Of a stretch of 64,000 nt of DNA, positions 43,200 to 56,783 are shown piece after piece. The position numbers and the translations under genes were made by a program. The stretch is taken from NCBI GenBank assembly GCA_951406725.2, contig OX597814.1, forward strand, positions 210,924,001 through 210,988,000. The letters run 5' to 3'. Below the pieces are notes generated by a model, which did no database searches, was not told the origin of the DNA, and saw nothing but the letters and a program-made list of their open reading frames with translations. The stretch's first letter is position 1. Each line of letters begins with the position of its first letter. The DNA is from Octopus vulgaris. Taxonomy: Eukaryota.

Positions 43200-44700
43200 A
43201 TAATATATGAACATAGCAAAGGATATAGAAAAATAAGTACGAGGTGGAGTTAAACGCAGGTGTTATTCGAAATCTTTTACTTCCAAAACATGTTTCGAAG
43301 ATATCAATGGTATTATTCTATTATTCAAAAGGAATAAAATGGTGTAAAACGATGTAATCTTCTCTTTAGCAAAATTAAGAAATGAAACTTGCCAATAAGA
43401 CATTTTAGCAGAAAACAATAGATATATATACTGATTAACTGAACGCTATTAAGTTTGTTTCAAAAAAGCGTTACAGAACATAACTTCAAAGGTAGCCTAT
43501 AGAAAGAGGAGGAATAAAGGAAAGAAAAACTAAATAAATGAGAAGTATATAACCATATGTATATTAAATAAAACCATATAGACTTGGAAAAAGATATATC
43601 TAGTGAATTTGAAATGTAAGAATACATTTAATGTTGAAATTATATATAATGATAGATATCACTTTTATGAACTAAAGGTGTGTTTCTGTCAATGTTTACA
43701 TCGGTATGCACGCTCTATAACCGTGTTTACAAGGGGATTTTTTAGAAAAAAGAATTTAAAAAATAGTTCAGAATTAGAGAGAAGACAAATTTCTTTGCCT
43801 TTGTCATAAGGTATCGAGACTGAGAGTATGAACCAATCTAAATTAAATTATTTATTGTTGTCGTTTAGATCCCAAATTAATTTACTACACTATGTACTAT
43901 TATGTTTATTCCTATCTCTAAATGCATAGTAATGATTATAAATTCTTTTTATATAACTGAGAAGGTGTACTTCCTATATAAAAAATACTTCATTACCAGT
44001 AGTACTTTTACACTGGTATAGAGATGTTTTAATTTTAGAGTTACTTGACATAAACTTGATTCTGTTGTAATTGACTTCAGATACAATAACCTTGTTATTG
44101 ATATTTCTAGGTGAAGGGGTGGTATTAGCTAAATTAATGTGAGTATTAGTTAATGTATCAATATTTAACAGGTTACTATTATGTGAAGATATAATTTGTA
44201 AGAGATTTTTGAGTTGGAAAAATCAATCCTAACCGTGTGTGAGTTGATAGTAGAGTAATACGTAGATTTCTTGGGAAAATTCCTAATAATAGCTTCACGA
44301 AACTTCAAATGTATATTACATTTAATTTGCCTCCCGTGTGGAATAATTAACTAAATGGTTTAACTATTAGTTACCTTAATTTTACTTTAACTATTTTTGA
44401 AAGACATAGATTTACCTTTAAAACGAAAATAGGGGATTAAATAAGGGTTATCTCCCTTCCTCTGTTTGGTTTTGGTGTATAAATCAAAATTGATATAGTT
44501 TATATCCTTACACCATTTTATTCTTTTGGAATAATACCAGTGGTATCTTCGAAACATCTGTCGGAAGTAAAAGAATTTGAATAACATCGGACGTTTAACC
44601 CGTAGTTACAACCTTTTTACTTGTGTAATTTTTTGTTACACTGCTAACTATTTAAATACGTTTCCCGTGTTAATTTTTAACAAGGGAAACCTACACACAT
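43200..44700 (-). mobile_element. Penelope-like retroelement fossil: RT-endonuclease linker plus GIY-YIG, with inverted terminal repeats
   Basis: Minus strand reads NIHLKFREAIIRNFPK...INSHTVRI...IISSHN; LYQCK...YIGST (43966-43980)...KRIYNHYYAF; SKLIWDL...WFIL...ICLL..SE...LVN...CKH. Inverted ~95-bp arms at 43250-43347 and 44508-44598. Confidence 0.8.
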
Positions 44701-44703
44701 CTG

Positions 44704-44811
<108 letters not shown>

Positions 44812-46201
44812 TATATACATATATATATATGTGTGTGTGTGTGTGTCTATATATATATATGTGAGTATGTATATCCATACGTTTGTATATATATGTGTGT
44901 GTGTGTATGTGAGTGCATGCGCGAGTGTGTGGGTGTTTCTGTTCGTGCATGCGTGTGTATGCATTTACGTATACGTAAATCATTTTAGTTGAAAGCAAAT
45001 ATATGAATGCTCAATTGGCATTTACTGATGAGGAGACACAATGCTAACAATAAAATTCAACTATTTTTTTTGAAATTTAATGATTCAGATTGCATGGAAC
45101 TTTCAAGCTTTGCCTATAGACGTATGCATTCATTACAGAAAGAACAGCAGAGTACATCCTCCGAAAATATGATTTTGAGAAATAAGCTATACAGTTGCTA
45201 TGAAAATAGCAATGAAAGAATTTCTATGTTTTTCAATGTTGTGGCCAACGTAAATGGTTAAATTCCGTTAAGCTCTTTATAAATGAAGAATATTAAACGA
45301 AATAGATTTGAGAGATAATATATGATGCAATAAAAGAAGTAAAAATCATATGGATTATGTGTAGAATGTAGGTTAATATTTAGTAAACAATGGTAATATT
45401 CATGGTTTAATGCTGGTAGCTCTTTAAACAGACTAATTCTAAAGAATATAAATGTATGAGGTGGAATATATAGGAAATCTTTTCTCCTTTCTTTTGAATC
45501 GTTTGCGTATATGTGTCTGTGTGGATAGACGAAATTGTCTATAAATTACTCGTATGTATTTTTCTCTATAGGAAGAAGGATCTAAAGTGAAATCATATGA
45601 ATAATTCTGAAAAAGATTAATGTTTCCGTATAGTACTTTAAAATAATTAACATTGAGATACATAAAGTATGCGCATCGAAATTATAGATATTATAAAACA
45701 AACCCACCTGTTTATATGTTCTATTGAATATCTTACAAGAAACAACAAAAGTGAGTCACATGAAATACTTGGTGTAAATCATCATTAAAATTTAATTATG
45801 AAAGCTACAGTGTAATTAAATTAACAAAAGTAATAATTACAGTAAATTTCATATACTTTCTCGCAGTGAATAGAAGACTTCACTGCTAACACACATGAGC
45901 AGTAAATAGAACTAAAAGAAATACCATAATGCGCTTATAGTAAGCTACAAATCGTGATATTAACATTACAGCGTATCAATTAAAATATAATGACTATATG
46001 GATGCATTTATGAAACTGTATTATAAATTATAGATTAATTCGTCTAGTCGCTATATAAAATCGTATTAAGTAGAAACTGAAATGTTATACAGAAACATAA
46101 TTAAAGTAAAAGAGTAACTCCAATTAAGAAATAGAGTATAAAGAGTGGAGTATTATTTGTGCATCATGTGTATACATACATATACATACATACATACATA
46201 C

Positions 46202-46235
<34 letters not shown>

Positions 46236-46332
46236 CTATATATATGCATGTACAAACATGCACAATCACACACACATACACACAACTCGCATACAGATAG
46301 ATAGATAGACACATGTGTATATGTTCATATGC

Positions 46333-46373
<41 letters not shown>

Positions 46374-46378
46374 TATAT

Positions 46379-46434
<56 letters not shown>

Positions 46435-46464
46435 ATAGACAGATAGAATAGACAGATAGATATA

Positions 46465-46545
46465 GGTTCAGTGTAGCTGTGTAGTAAGAAGCTTGCTTCC
46501 CAACCCCATGGTTCCGTGTTCAGTCGTAGCCTGGGGCCGACCAAG
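46465..46545 (+). mobile_element. SINE family C head fragment
   Basis: gtgtagctgtgtagtaagaagcttgcttcccaaccccatggttccgtgttcagtc...gggccgacca. Confidence 0.7.
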
Positions 46546-46750
46546 GCCCTACTCGATTCGTTTCCTCATCATTTTCACAGCAGTCACGAACCGGATGTGT
46601 TTATGCACCTCCAGTAATACACAGCAATCATCATATTTCTTTCCATATCGGCTACTAATGATGAGGGCAGAGTTACATAATCGGACTGTTACCTAATACT
46701 CCGTTGAACCCCTAGTGCGAAACTGATCGGTAAGGTCACCTGTATACTTC

Positions 46751-46808
<58 letters not shown>

Positions 46809-46809
<1 letters not shown>

Positions 46810-47619
46810 GAGGGCTGATCCATAAGTATCAGGACTATTGCCATAGTAACCTCGCTAAGGCACGCCGAGCAAAGCGGCTTGACAAAGAATGATCTTGAAC
46901 TCTGCTGTACAAGTACACTAAATTTTAATGTTGTTTACGGCAGTGCTTGGAATAAATATGTGTAGCGTGTGATTGTTGCATTGACCATGATAGAGAAGAT
47001 TGCGATGGCGATACCTGCTCAGCGGCCTACGGTAAGTTGCATAAAGTGTATTCAGAGAAGTGTATGAGCTGCACACAAGAGTATGAATGCTTCAGACGTT
47101 TTCAACATGGCAGAAGTAATGTCGATATTGCTGAACACTTTGGGAGATCCGCAACCAACGTAAATGTGAAAAAAAAAGCATCTAATCTGTGCGTGCAACA
47201 ATGAGGGGAAATTGCCGAATTACAATCCGTGAGTTATCAGAGGATGTGCAGATTAGTTACTGTTCAGTTCAGACTATTATCAAAGAAGATTTGGGTATGA
47301 GACGCGTTTCTGCCAAGTTTATGCAAAATTGCTTTCAGCTGACCAAAATGATAGTCGGGTTTCAGTTACAGAAGATCTTTCTTGTGTCGAGAACGGTGGA
47401 CATTTTTTGAAAACTTTGCATAGACTTCTGTGATGGTATCGCAAATATTTTCTTAAAATTTGCTGCAACTTCTCTGCTCAACCTCCTCTGTCATGGTCAA
47501 TGAGACGATCACTTGTTACACACTTTCCTTCCAAGCCCTGATGTAAACAGCGGAAGTGAGATAGAACATTAAAACTTACTGCGCATACGCAGACAAATTC
47601 AAGGTTAGTCTGCGCCAAA
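46809..47619 (+). mobile_element. Mariner derivative with inverted duplication of its 5' end
   Basis: TA|CGAGGGCTGATCC start. N-terminal remnants YECFRRFQHGR...GRSAT and RITIRELSEDVQISYCSVQTIIKEDLGMRRVSAKF. 47405-47619 is the reverse complement of the 5' region (MTEEVEQRSCSKF). Confidence 0.8.
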
Positions 47620-47648
47620 GGGGTTTACTCTATATACATATATTCATG

Positions 47649-47698
<50 letters not shown>

Positions 47699-47701
<3 letters not shown>

Positions 47702-48290
47702 AGGACACTTGTCCTAAGCCACTTTGACTATTACTCTCAGCTATGGTCACCATCCAGTGTCAAGTTAATCACAGAACTTGAGGCGATTCAACGAAGCTAC
47801 ACGAAGAAGATAGCCTCTGTGCAGCATATAAGCTACTGGGAAAGACTCAAGATATTAAGACTCTATTCCTTAGAGCGTAGGTGAGAAAGATATGCCATAA
47901 TATACATCTGGAAGATCCTAGAAGGACTTATCCCAAACTTTCGCATCGAGAGTTACACAAATACTAGTACTGGGCGCCACTGCATAGTGCCAAGGACTCC
48001 AAATTTGCCATTAAGATGTATGACAAGATACTGTGATAGCTAGGGCTTCAGAGGCCCACAGCTCTTCAATATCCTCCCGAAGAACCTGAGAGACCTGCAT
48101 GGGGTGGATGCAGATGTCTTTAAAATAAAACTAGATCTCTTCCTGTCAGGTGTCCCAGATGAACCAACTTCACGGCAGGAGGTGCAGATGAGGGCAGCTG
48201 CATCGAACTCTCTCTTGCACCAAATGACAATTGCTAAAAAGCATTCGTGAAGTAAAATCATGTAGCAACACCAAATGGCGATGCCCCAGG
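47699..48290 (+). pseudogene. CR1-clade LINE 3' fragment
   Basis: WRTLVLSHFDYYSQLWSP...ELEAIQRSYTKKI...SYWERLKILRLYSLERR*ERYAIIYIWKILEG ... GPQLFNILPKNLR...FKIKLDLFLSGVPDEP. Confidence 0.9.
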
Positions 48291-48945
48291 CATTTATACA
48301 TATATACATATATATATGTGTGTGTCGTAAGTACATGTGTATGTGCGCCCGCGTGTATGCATTCCTGAGCGTCTGTATATCATTTGAATATAAGGGAGAT
48401 ATATTTACAAACTATATAAAATTTTATTAATCTATGAGCAACAACATAAATTATCCGTGAAATTTCATCGCACATATATTCATATGTGTAATTTGTGTAA
48501 ACACATATTCAGGTATTAATATATTCTTTGCCGGGAAGATAAAATTATTCTACGTTTATGAAATAGTTTTAATTTGGAGAATGAAATTGTGTATAAATAC
48601 GTAATTCAAAGTTGAAACTTCTTTCTCTATTTGGTATGCTATTGTTTGTTGCATTTAGTTATTAAATATATTCAGGCTCAAAGGTAATGATTTCTATTTA
48701 GGTTCTTCAAAGAAAGTATGACTATCCCCAGACACAACAGAAAAAGAAAGTATGTTTTGGTTAAATCTATTTTTAAAATGCTATACAATTAAATTTAGGT
48801 GAAAGAAAATACTGACTAGTTGAAACATAGAAGAATTCATATTGCAGTAAAGCGGAATTAGAGGAAGCGGGAGGCGTGTGATATGGTCAGGGTAAAAATA
48901 CATTTAAAAGATATTTCATTTTAACAGATACTAGGCGCAGATAAT

Positions 48946-49108
48946 AGGCGCAGGAGTGGCTGTTTGGTAAGTAGCTTGCTAACCAACCACATGGTTCCGG
49001 GTTCAGTCCCACTGCGTGGCATCTTGGGCAAGTGTCTTCTGCTATAGCCCCGGGCCGACCAATGCTTTGTGAGTGGATTTAGTAGACGGAAACTGAAAGA
49101 AGCCTGTC

Positions 49109-49153
<45 letters not shown>

Positions 49154-49396
49154 TGTGTGTGTGTGAATATGTTTGTGTGTCTGTGTTTGTTCCCCTAGCA
49201 TTGCTTGACAACCGATGCTGGTGTGTTTACGTCCCCGTCACTTAGCGGTTCGGCAAAAGAGACCGATAGAATAAGTACTGGGCTGGGCTTACAAAGAATA
49301 AGTCCCGGGGTCGATTTGCTCGACTAAAGGCGGTGCTCCAGCATGGCCGCAGTCAAATGACTGAAACAAGTAAAAAGACTAAAAAAAAAAAGAGTA
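48946..49396 (+). mobile_element. Full-length SINE family C (tRNA head, CORE-like segment, internal (TA)n/(GT)n)
   Basis: A-box gtggctgtttggtaag, B-box gggttcagtccc, CORE-like atcttgggcaagtgtcttc, tail aaggcggtgctccagcatggccgcagtcaaatgactgaaac and A-rich end. Confidence 0.92.
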
Positions 49397-49409
49397 TACA
49401 TTATGTAAT

Positions 49410-50720
49410 AGGAAAATTACATAAAAATATCTTGAAATACTAAAGAGTAAATATATTCAATAAAATCGCCGTTGGCGTCAACCTCTGCCTCCAGACGACT
49501 TCGGAATTTCCTGCAAATCCTCTGCACGGTCTCCTTGTTTAAGTTTGTTAATGCCGCCATAATCATCGCCTTCAGTACATCCTTAGTGTTACAAGGAGTT
49601 TTTGGGTCCCTCACTGAACTGTGCTCCATGCATAATAATCAAGGGTGTTGCAGACTGGGGAGTTAGGTGGCCATATGTTAGGGGTGATGTGGTCACAGAA
49701 ATTGTCTTACTGCCATGACTACCTTCTGCTTGTGTGATATCTTGAAGAATTCTGTTGCCAGACACAGGGTCTTCCAGTAAGTACCCTCTTGAACCAGGGC
49801 AGCATTTCTCCTCCAAACATTTTATGTAGGCCTCCGCGTTGAGCTTGAGGCCGTGTGGGAATAACATCACCATCAGTACTGGAGGCATAACATCACCATC
49901 ACTAGTGATAACACTAAACACCATGATGTGGACAGAGGCAGAACGTCGCTATCACTGGTGATCATTCTAAGGACCATGACATTGGGTGAAGTTTTGAATT
50001 TTATCACTCAAGATATATGTCCTCAGACTTTCTAAATAGAAAGGGTATGGCCTGGTCAGCCTGTAATGACATGCATAAGATCTGGTCATCAAATCTAAGT
50101 AGAGACTTCAAACATGAAATCTTCAAAGCCACAGTCGAACCAATTCTACTATATGGCTCAGAAACCTGGACGCTATCAAAGAAGCTTGAGAGGCGGTTGG
50201 ATGGAACCTACACTCGCCTCCTTATGAGAGCTCAAAATCTCTCGTGGAAGCGCCATCCAACCAAAATGCAAATATATGTGTCATCTCTTGTGAAAGGTAG
50301 GAGAGTCAAGTTCGCTGGACATTGTTGTAAAGCTGAAAAAGAAGTAATTTCTACTCTTCTCCTCTGGAAGCCATCTACTCGCAATACCTGAGGGCGCACA
50401 CTCTCCTACCCTGATGTAATCTCCAGGGATACAGGCATCCAGCAACAGGACCTCCGTAATGCCATGATGGACCGTGAAGTCTGGCGTAGCATGGTAAATT
50501 CCATTGTCTCGACCACGGTCGAACAATGATGATGATGATGTAACGTCCGCAGATTGACACCCAGACACTCTGACATGTTCGTATTGGACCTTCCGGCGTC
50601 AATGCAAAGCAGTACAGCAGATCGCTTCCAAGTTTCTGGCACAGTGGAGTTCGTCAGACGGTGGAGTGCGTCAAATGTCTCTACTATACTGTGTAGTCAG
50701 CAAAATCGAAAACAAACGAT
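49410..50720 (-). mobile_element. DD37D/maT-like transposon remnant interrupted by an RTE fragment
   Basis: N-terminus KRSAVLLCIDAGRSNTNMSECLGVNLRT (50545-50642). C-terminal part VFSVITSDGDVMPP, VWQQNSSRYHT, WPPNSPVCNTLDY, FRSRLEAEVDANGDFIE (49450-49930); 36 codons counted between the 2nd and 3rd catalytic positions. Confidence 0.82.
50010..50541 (+). pseudogene. RTE-clade LINE 3' end
   Basis: IFKATVEPILLYGSETWTLSKKLERRLDGTYTRLLMRA...RRVKFAGHC...LLLWKP...AMMDREVWR, followed by a (TGA)n tail. Confidence 0.92.
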
Positions 50721-51526
50721 GGGCTTGCGGATAATATAAAATTATACAATGACGACTATTTACCCATCGCACCGTATGTATATGTGCTCGCGCTTGTATG
50801 TGTGTGCTTCTGTATATGTATTTAATAGTTGTGTATAATTCATGCTTGTTGTTGATTTTCTATCTTTTTCTTTGATGTGTAATAGATTTTTCAGAATAAT
50901 CTTCCGTAACGTATAATGATATGTTTCAAGGCGCAGCATCTCCGCAACAGTTTCTCCTCTCTAAACGACTCTAAAGAGAAATTGATCATCAGAACATATT
51001 TTAATGTTAGTTTCCCATATTTGCTCTCTTTCATTTGTCACTTGATTTTCTTTCAGTCTTAACTTATTCGCTAATTCATTGGATATTGTTCAAATAAGTA
51101 CCAACATGATCTTCAAAGTATCGGGTGAAATAAACCAAAAGCCATTAATATCTTAGATCAGAATAATTTGTTATAGAACAACAACAAAAGGAAGAAGGCC
51201 TTCTGGCAAATTTAATATTGGCAATTCAATATCCGATTGAGATGCTGTTGTATTGTATACTGTTGCAGTTTCCCTATATTATTTATATCACAGGTTCATA
51301 TGTATTTAAGTAGCCTATGCCGTCACATGTCTCTTGCATATAATATAAATCAAGAGCTTCTCGATACAGACCCCTAGCAAAATTTATAGTAAGCACATGC
51401 GCAAAAGTTTACTCATATGACACAGGCATATATGCTTACATTTATTTTATTACTAAACTGATTGCTGTATAGACATCAAAATTTTGCTGATGTTTTTATT
51501 ATTATTATCATTATTTTCTTCTTCTT

Positions 51527-52550
<1,024 letters not shown>

Positions 52551-52565
52551 TTATCATCATCATCA

Positions 52566-52632
<67 letters not shown>

Positions 52633-52636
<4 letters not shown>

Positions 52637-52840
52637 GCGGGTTGGCACAAACGTTAGCACTCGAAACTCTTAGCGGCATTTCGCCCGTCGTCTCATTCTG
52701 AGTTCTAATTCTGCCGAGGTCGATTTTGCCTTTCATCATTTCGGGGTCTTGAAATTAAGTACCAGTGTAATACTGTGGCTGATGTGATCGAATTTCCCTC
52801 TTCCCGCAAAATCCAGGCCTTCTGCCTATAGTAGAAACTA
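52633..52840 (+). mobile_element. SINE family B (alternative tail)
   Basis: gtggcgggttggcacaaacgttagc...gccgaggtcgattttgcctttcatcatttcgggg...ggccttctgcctatagtagaaa. Confidence 0.82.
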
Positions 52841-55194
52841 CTACTACTGGCTTAAATTTTACCGAGTTTGCAATCTAATCATTTTTTGTTTGGGTATGTT
52901 GCGCAATATATTATAAATTACCAATTGAATTACATTTTATATTTTCATAGTCCACTATCGATTATCTCTGAAAGCAGGTAAGTTTGAAATAAGATAGTAT
53001 AAATACATAGAATTGGTGCTAAAGTTTGACTCCATTTCATTGGTTGTCAATAGAATGAGACGCAAGACCTTTGATTTCCAAAAGATGTCTAATAAGTCAC
53101 AATTCTATTTTTTTGTATAGCCACAATGCTGCCAAGATCGAATGTGTTTTCATATGACTCGATAATATTTTGATAGTCAGATACTGACGTATATTTCATC
53201 AACCACTGATTATTCTCTATTCTTGAATATCTTGTCCTTTGCTTAACTCAGAAGCCTATATGTAATAAAGGATTACAATATACAGATAAAACATGAAACC
53301 CTGTTATGGAGCTTTCAAAGACATCTGACCAGAACGTATAGCAGTTATATGTGTACAAATCTCTACAGTCTGCAAGAATTATATTGCGGTGAAATAAGTG
53401 CAACATAAGACTATTTCAAATTCCTTATGATCATGAAAAGAAGCAAAATATTATACTCCAATTACTCAGGGTTAATTAAATTCAAATCTGTAATCCTTGC
53501 CGACGAAATTACAATAGGATGATCATGCCAATGGTGGAGACTCGTTCGGGAATAGCATACGAAAACGAAGATATTGGAAATTGTGGCCATTCATTACAAA
53601 CACCTAAACTAATTATGATCTACACTAGAAATGTAGATAAGGATCAATGGATCTATTTGTAGCATCAACTAGATAAAATCATCCGAAGTAAAAATTTGAA
53701 AGTGTTCATATAGGCCACATAAAGAAGACGAGAAACAAATTACTGTACTCAGCTTGTACCTAATTCTACCCTATGCATAGAGTTATGATCGGGAGGTTAG
53801 ATATATTTGTTTAGAAATTATCTAAAATTTATCATTGCTAGATTAAAAAATATATAATTCTGTGAAATTTGCAGTGATGGACCCAGCGTAATCAAATTAA
53901 TATTAGGCGTACTACTGCTCATTAACAGGCGTTTTCTTGCTACTTGATGCTAAAGAAATCAAAAAGAATTTTCAGTTTTGATTATTTTGTAATCTTATGT
54001 AAGAGATAGTGATCGACGCTCACACGCCATTCATTTATCAAAGTAATAATTTTACATCAGAATATGTTTCATGTATTTGGCTATACTATTCTTAGGATAG
54101 GATACGTTAGTAAATAGGGACACATCATATATTGCTTCACAGTAAATTGAAACACTCGTGAAATTTTCTAAACCGTTGGTTATAATACATTCAAATTTAA
54201 AACAAATTGACAATAAATAAAGTTTAAACAAAAGTTGTTGCTAAATAGGAATGAACTATCTGGTTCTGAAGTACAAGCCTAAAGCCTGAGATATTATATA
54301 TAAGATGCACAAATACACACACGTATGTATTCATGCATGTAATAAAGTTCAATTTTTCCTGACTCTCAACTATCAGTTAAATATAATTACGCGTGATGTT
54401 AACTCCTAACTACTATTCAGGTGAAAGCTCAACTAAAACGATAGATCGTATAATTTCACGTTGACAGTGACAAGAAACACAATAAACTTGTCACAAACAT
54501 ACACTGGTGTTTGCGTAAATTCTATGGGCTAGTAGATTTGGCCGTGTAATTTAACTATAACGCTGTCAATGTCATAGGCAATAAGCTATTTAAGCTTTTA
54601 TGAGTCTTAGCAATCCAAGAGGATTTTATAAAGAGTTATAATGACGTAGGCACGTTGCAAACAATAACATATCGTTGAAAGGATAATAAATATAGGTTAA
54701 AGAATAATAGCCTAGCAGTAGAAATTTAAAATATTAGTAAAATGGTGATCTCATTGAATGCAAATAACTTTAAAGCTGTCAACTTATATTGGCAGTCACA
54801 TGAATAGAAGCCGGTATCAAACTTTTATCGATAGACCACTACTGTAACGTTCCACGACATTGAGAAGAAATAAAACTACTAAAACACGCATTCGCTTCGA
54901 CAATAATGTGTGGTGTAAATTGTCCAGCACTCGCACACGTGCAGATAAACGTATATGCACACACAAATACACGTACGCATGGGAGAGGGAGAAAGTGAGA
55001 GAGAAAGAGAAAGAGAAAGAAGAGAGAGAGATTACTGCCAGGGATCATTACGGAGCATGCATAGTTTGGTAGTATATATATATATATATAAAATAAAAAT
55101 AAAAATAAATAAAAAAATAAATAAATGGCGGTGCCCCAGCATGACCACAGCTCGTGAGCTGAAACTAGAATTAAAAAAAAAAAAAAAATTTTAA

Positions 55195-55433
55195 ATAAAT
55201 GCGCCCTTTCAAAACCTAGCCAGGCTCATGGGCCCGGTTTCCCGGTTTCAGTGGGGCATGTTTTCCCCTGCTGGACGGGACGCCAGTCCATTGCAGCGTT
55301 ACTCATTTTTGCCATCTGCGTCGACTGAAGCAACGTGAATTGAAGTGTTTTGCTCAAGAACACAACGCGTCGCCGGTCCAGGAATCGGAACCACAATCTT
55401 ACGATCATGATGCTTAACCACTAAGCCACGCGC
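55195..55433 (-). mobile_element. tRNA-derived SINE, family D
   Basis: Minus strand reads gcgcgtggcttagtggttaag...ggttccgattcctgg...gttgtgttcttgagcaaaacactt...gcaatggactggcgtcccgtccagc...gaaaccggg. Confidence 0.82.
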
Positions 55434-55762
55434 TATCCGCATACACACACTAGCTCACAGACAGACAGAAACACACACACACACACACACACATACACAC
55501 TCACACACATAAACATATATGTTCTCGTTCTTTGTTTTAGATGCCTATAAATCATAGACACATCCCTAGTTCATTCAACCTTAGAAGTGAAACACATCGA
55601 GAAAAGCATAATTGCATGAAACACATCGAGTTGGTAGAGCAATGAGCTAGTAACCACTGCATCTGATTAGATCGATTCATCGCAACACACACTGTTTTAC
55701 AAAAGCACACATTGCGCAGTTCAGTGAAACATTCAGTCACTGATGCTAAGATTATGAACCGA

Positions 55763-56002
55763 TCATTAAGGCGGCTAGCTAGCAGAATCGTTAGCACGTC
55801 GGGCGAAATGCTTAGCGGTATTTCGTCTGCCGTTACGTTGTGAGTTCAAATTCCGCCGAGGTCGACTTTGCCTTTCATCCTTTCGGGGTCGATAAATTAA
55901 GTACCAGTTAAGCACTGGGGTCGATATAATCGACTTAATACCTATGTATGTCCATGTTTGTCCCCTCTATGTTCAGCCCCTTGTGGGTAATAAAGAAATA
56001 GG
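55763..56002 (+). mobile_element. SINE family B
   Basis: Full head, body and tail. 16-bp TSD taagat(t/c)atgaaccga at 55747-55762 and 56003-56018. Confidence 0.92.
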
Positions 56003-56414
56003 TAAGATCATGAACCGAATACTCCAGTATCTAGACCATATGGTTTATCGAATCACTCCCGCACACACAGACACACAGATACACACACACACAGAAGCAC
56101 TCACATATATGTCCTCCCACATACAGATATACACTCAGGTACACAAACATGCAGACACAAGCGAACTTTCATTCTCAAATGCATACATAGGCACACATAT
56201 ATACAGATATATATTACACACAAGTGAATTAGGATAAATATGGACGTCTACATCGGAACCTCCAGCTTTTATGTTCAAGAAATAAATTCCTATTTATGTC
56301 AATATTATTTGCCGCAATTTGTTTTTTAAGTGGCAATCTGGATAATCTACGAATTTCAGTCTCTGGGAGAAGCAGAGATCAGCTCGTGTAATGGAAGAGC
56401 AGAATGATATTCAT

Positions 56415-56783
<369 letters not shown>

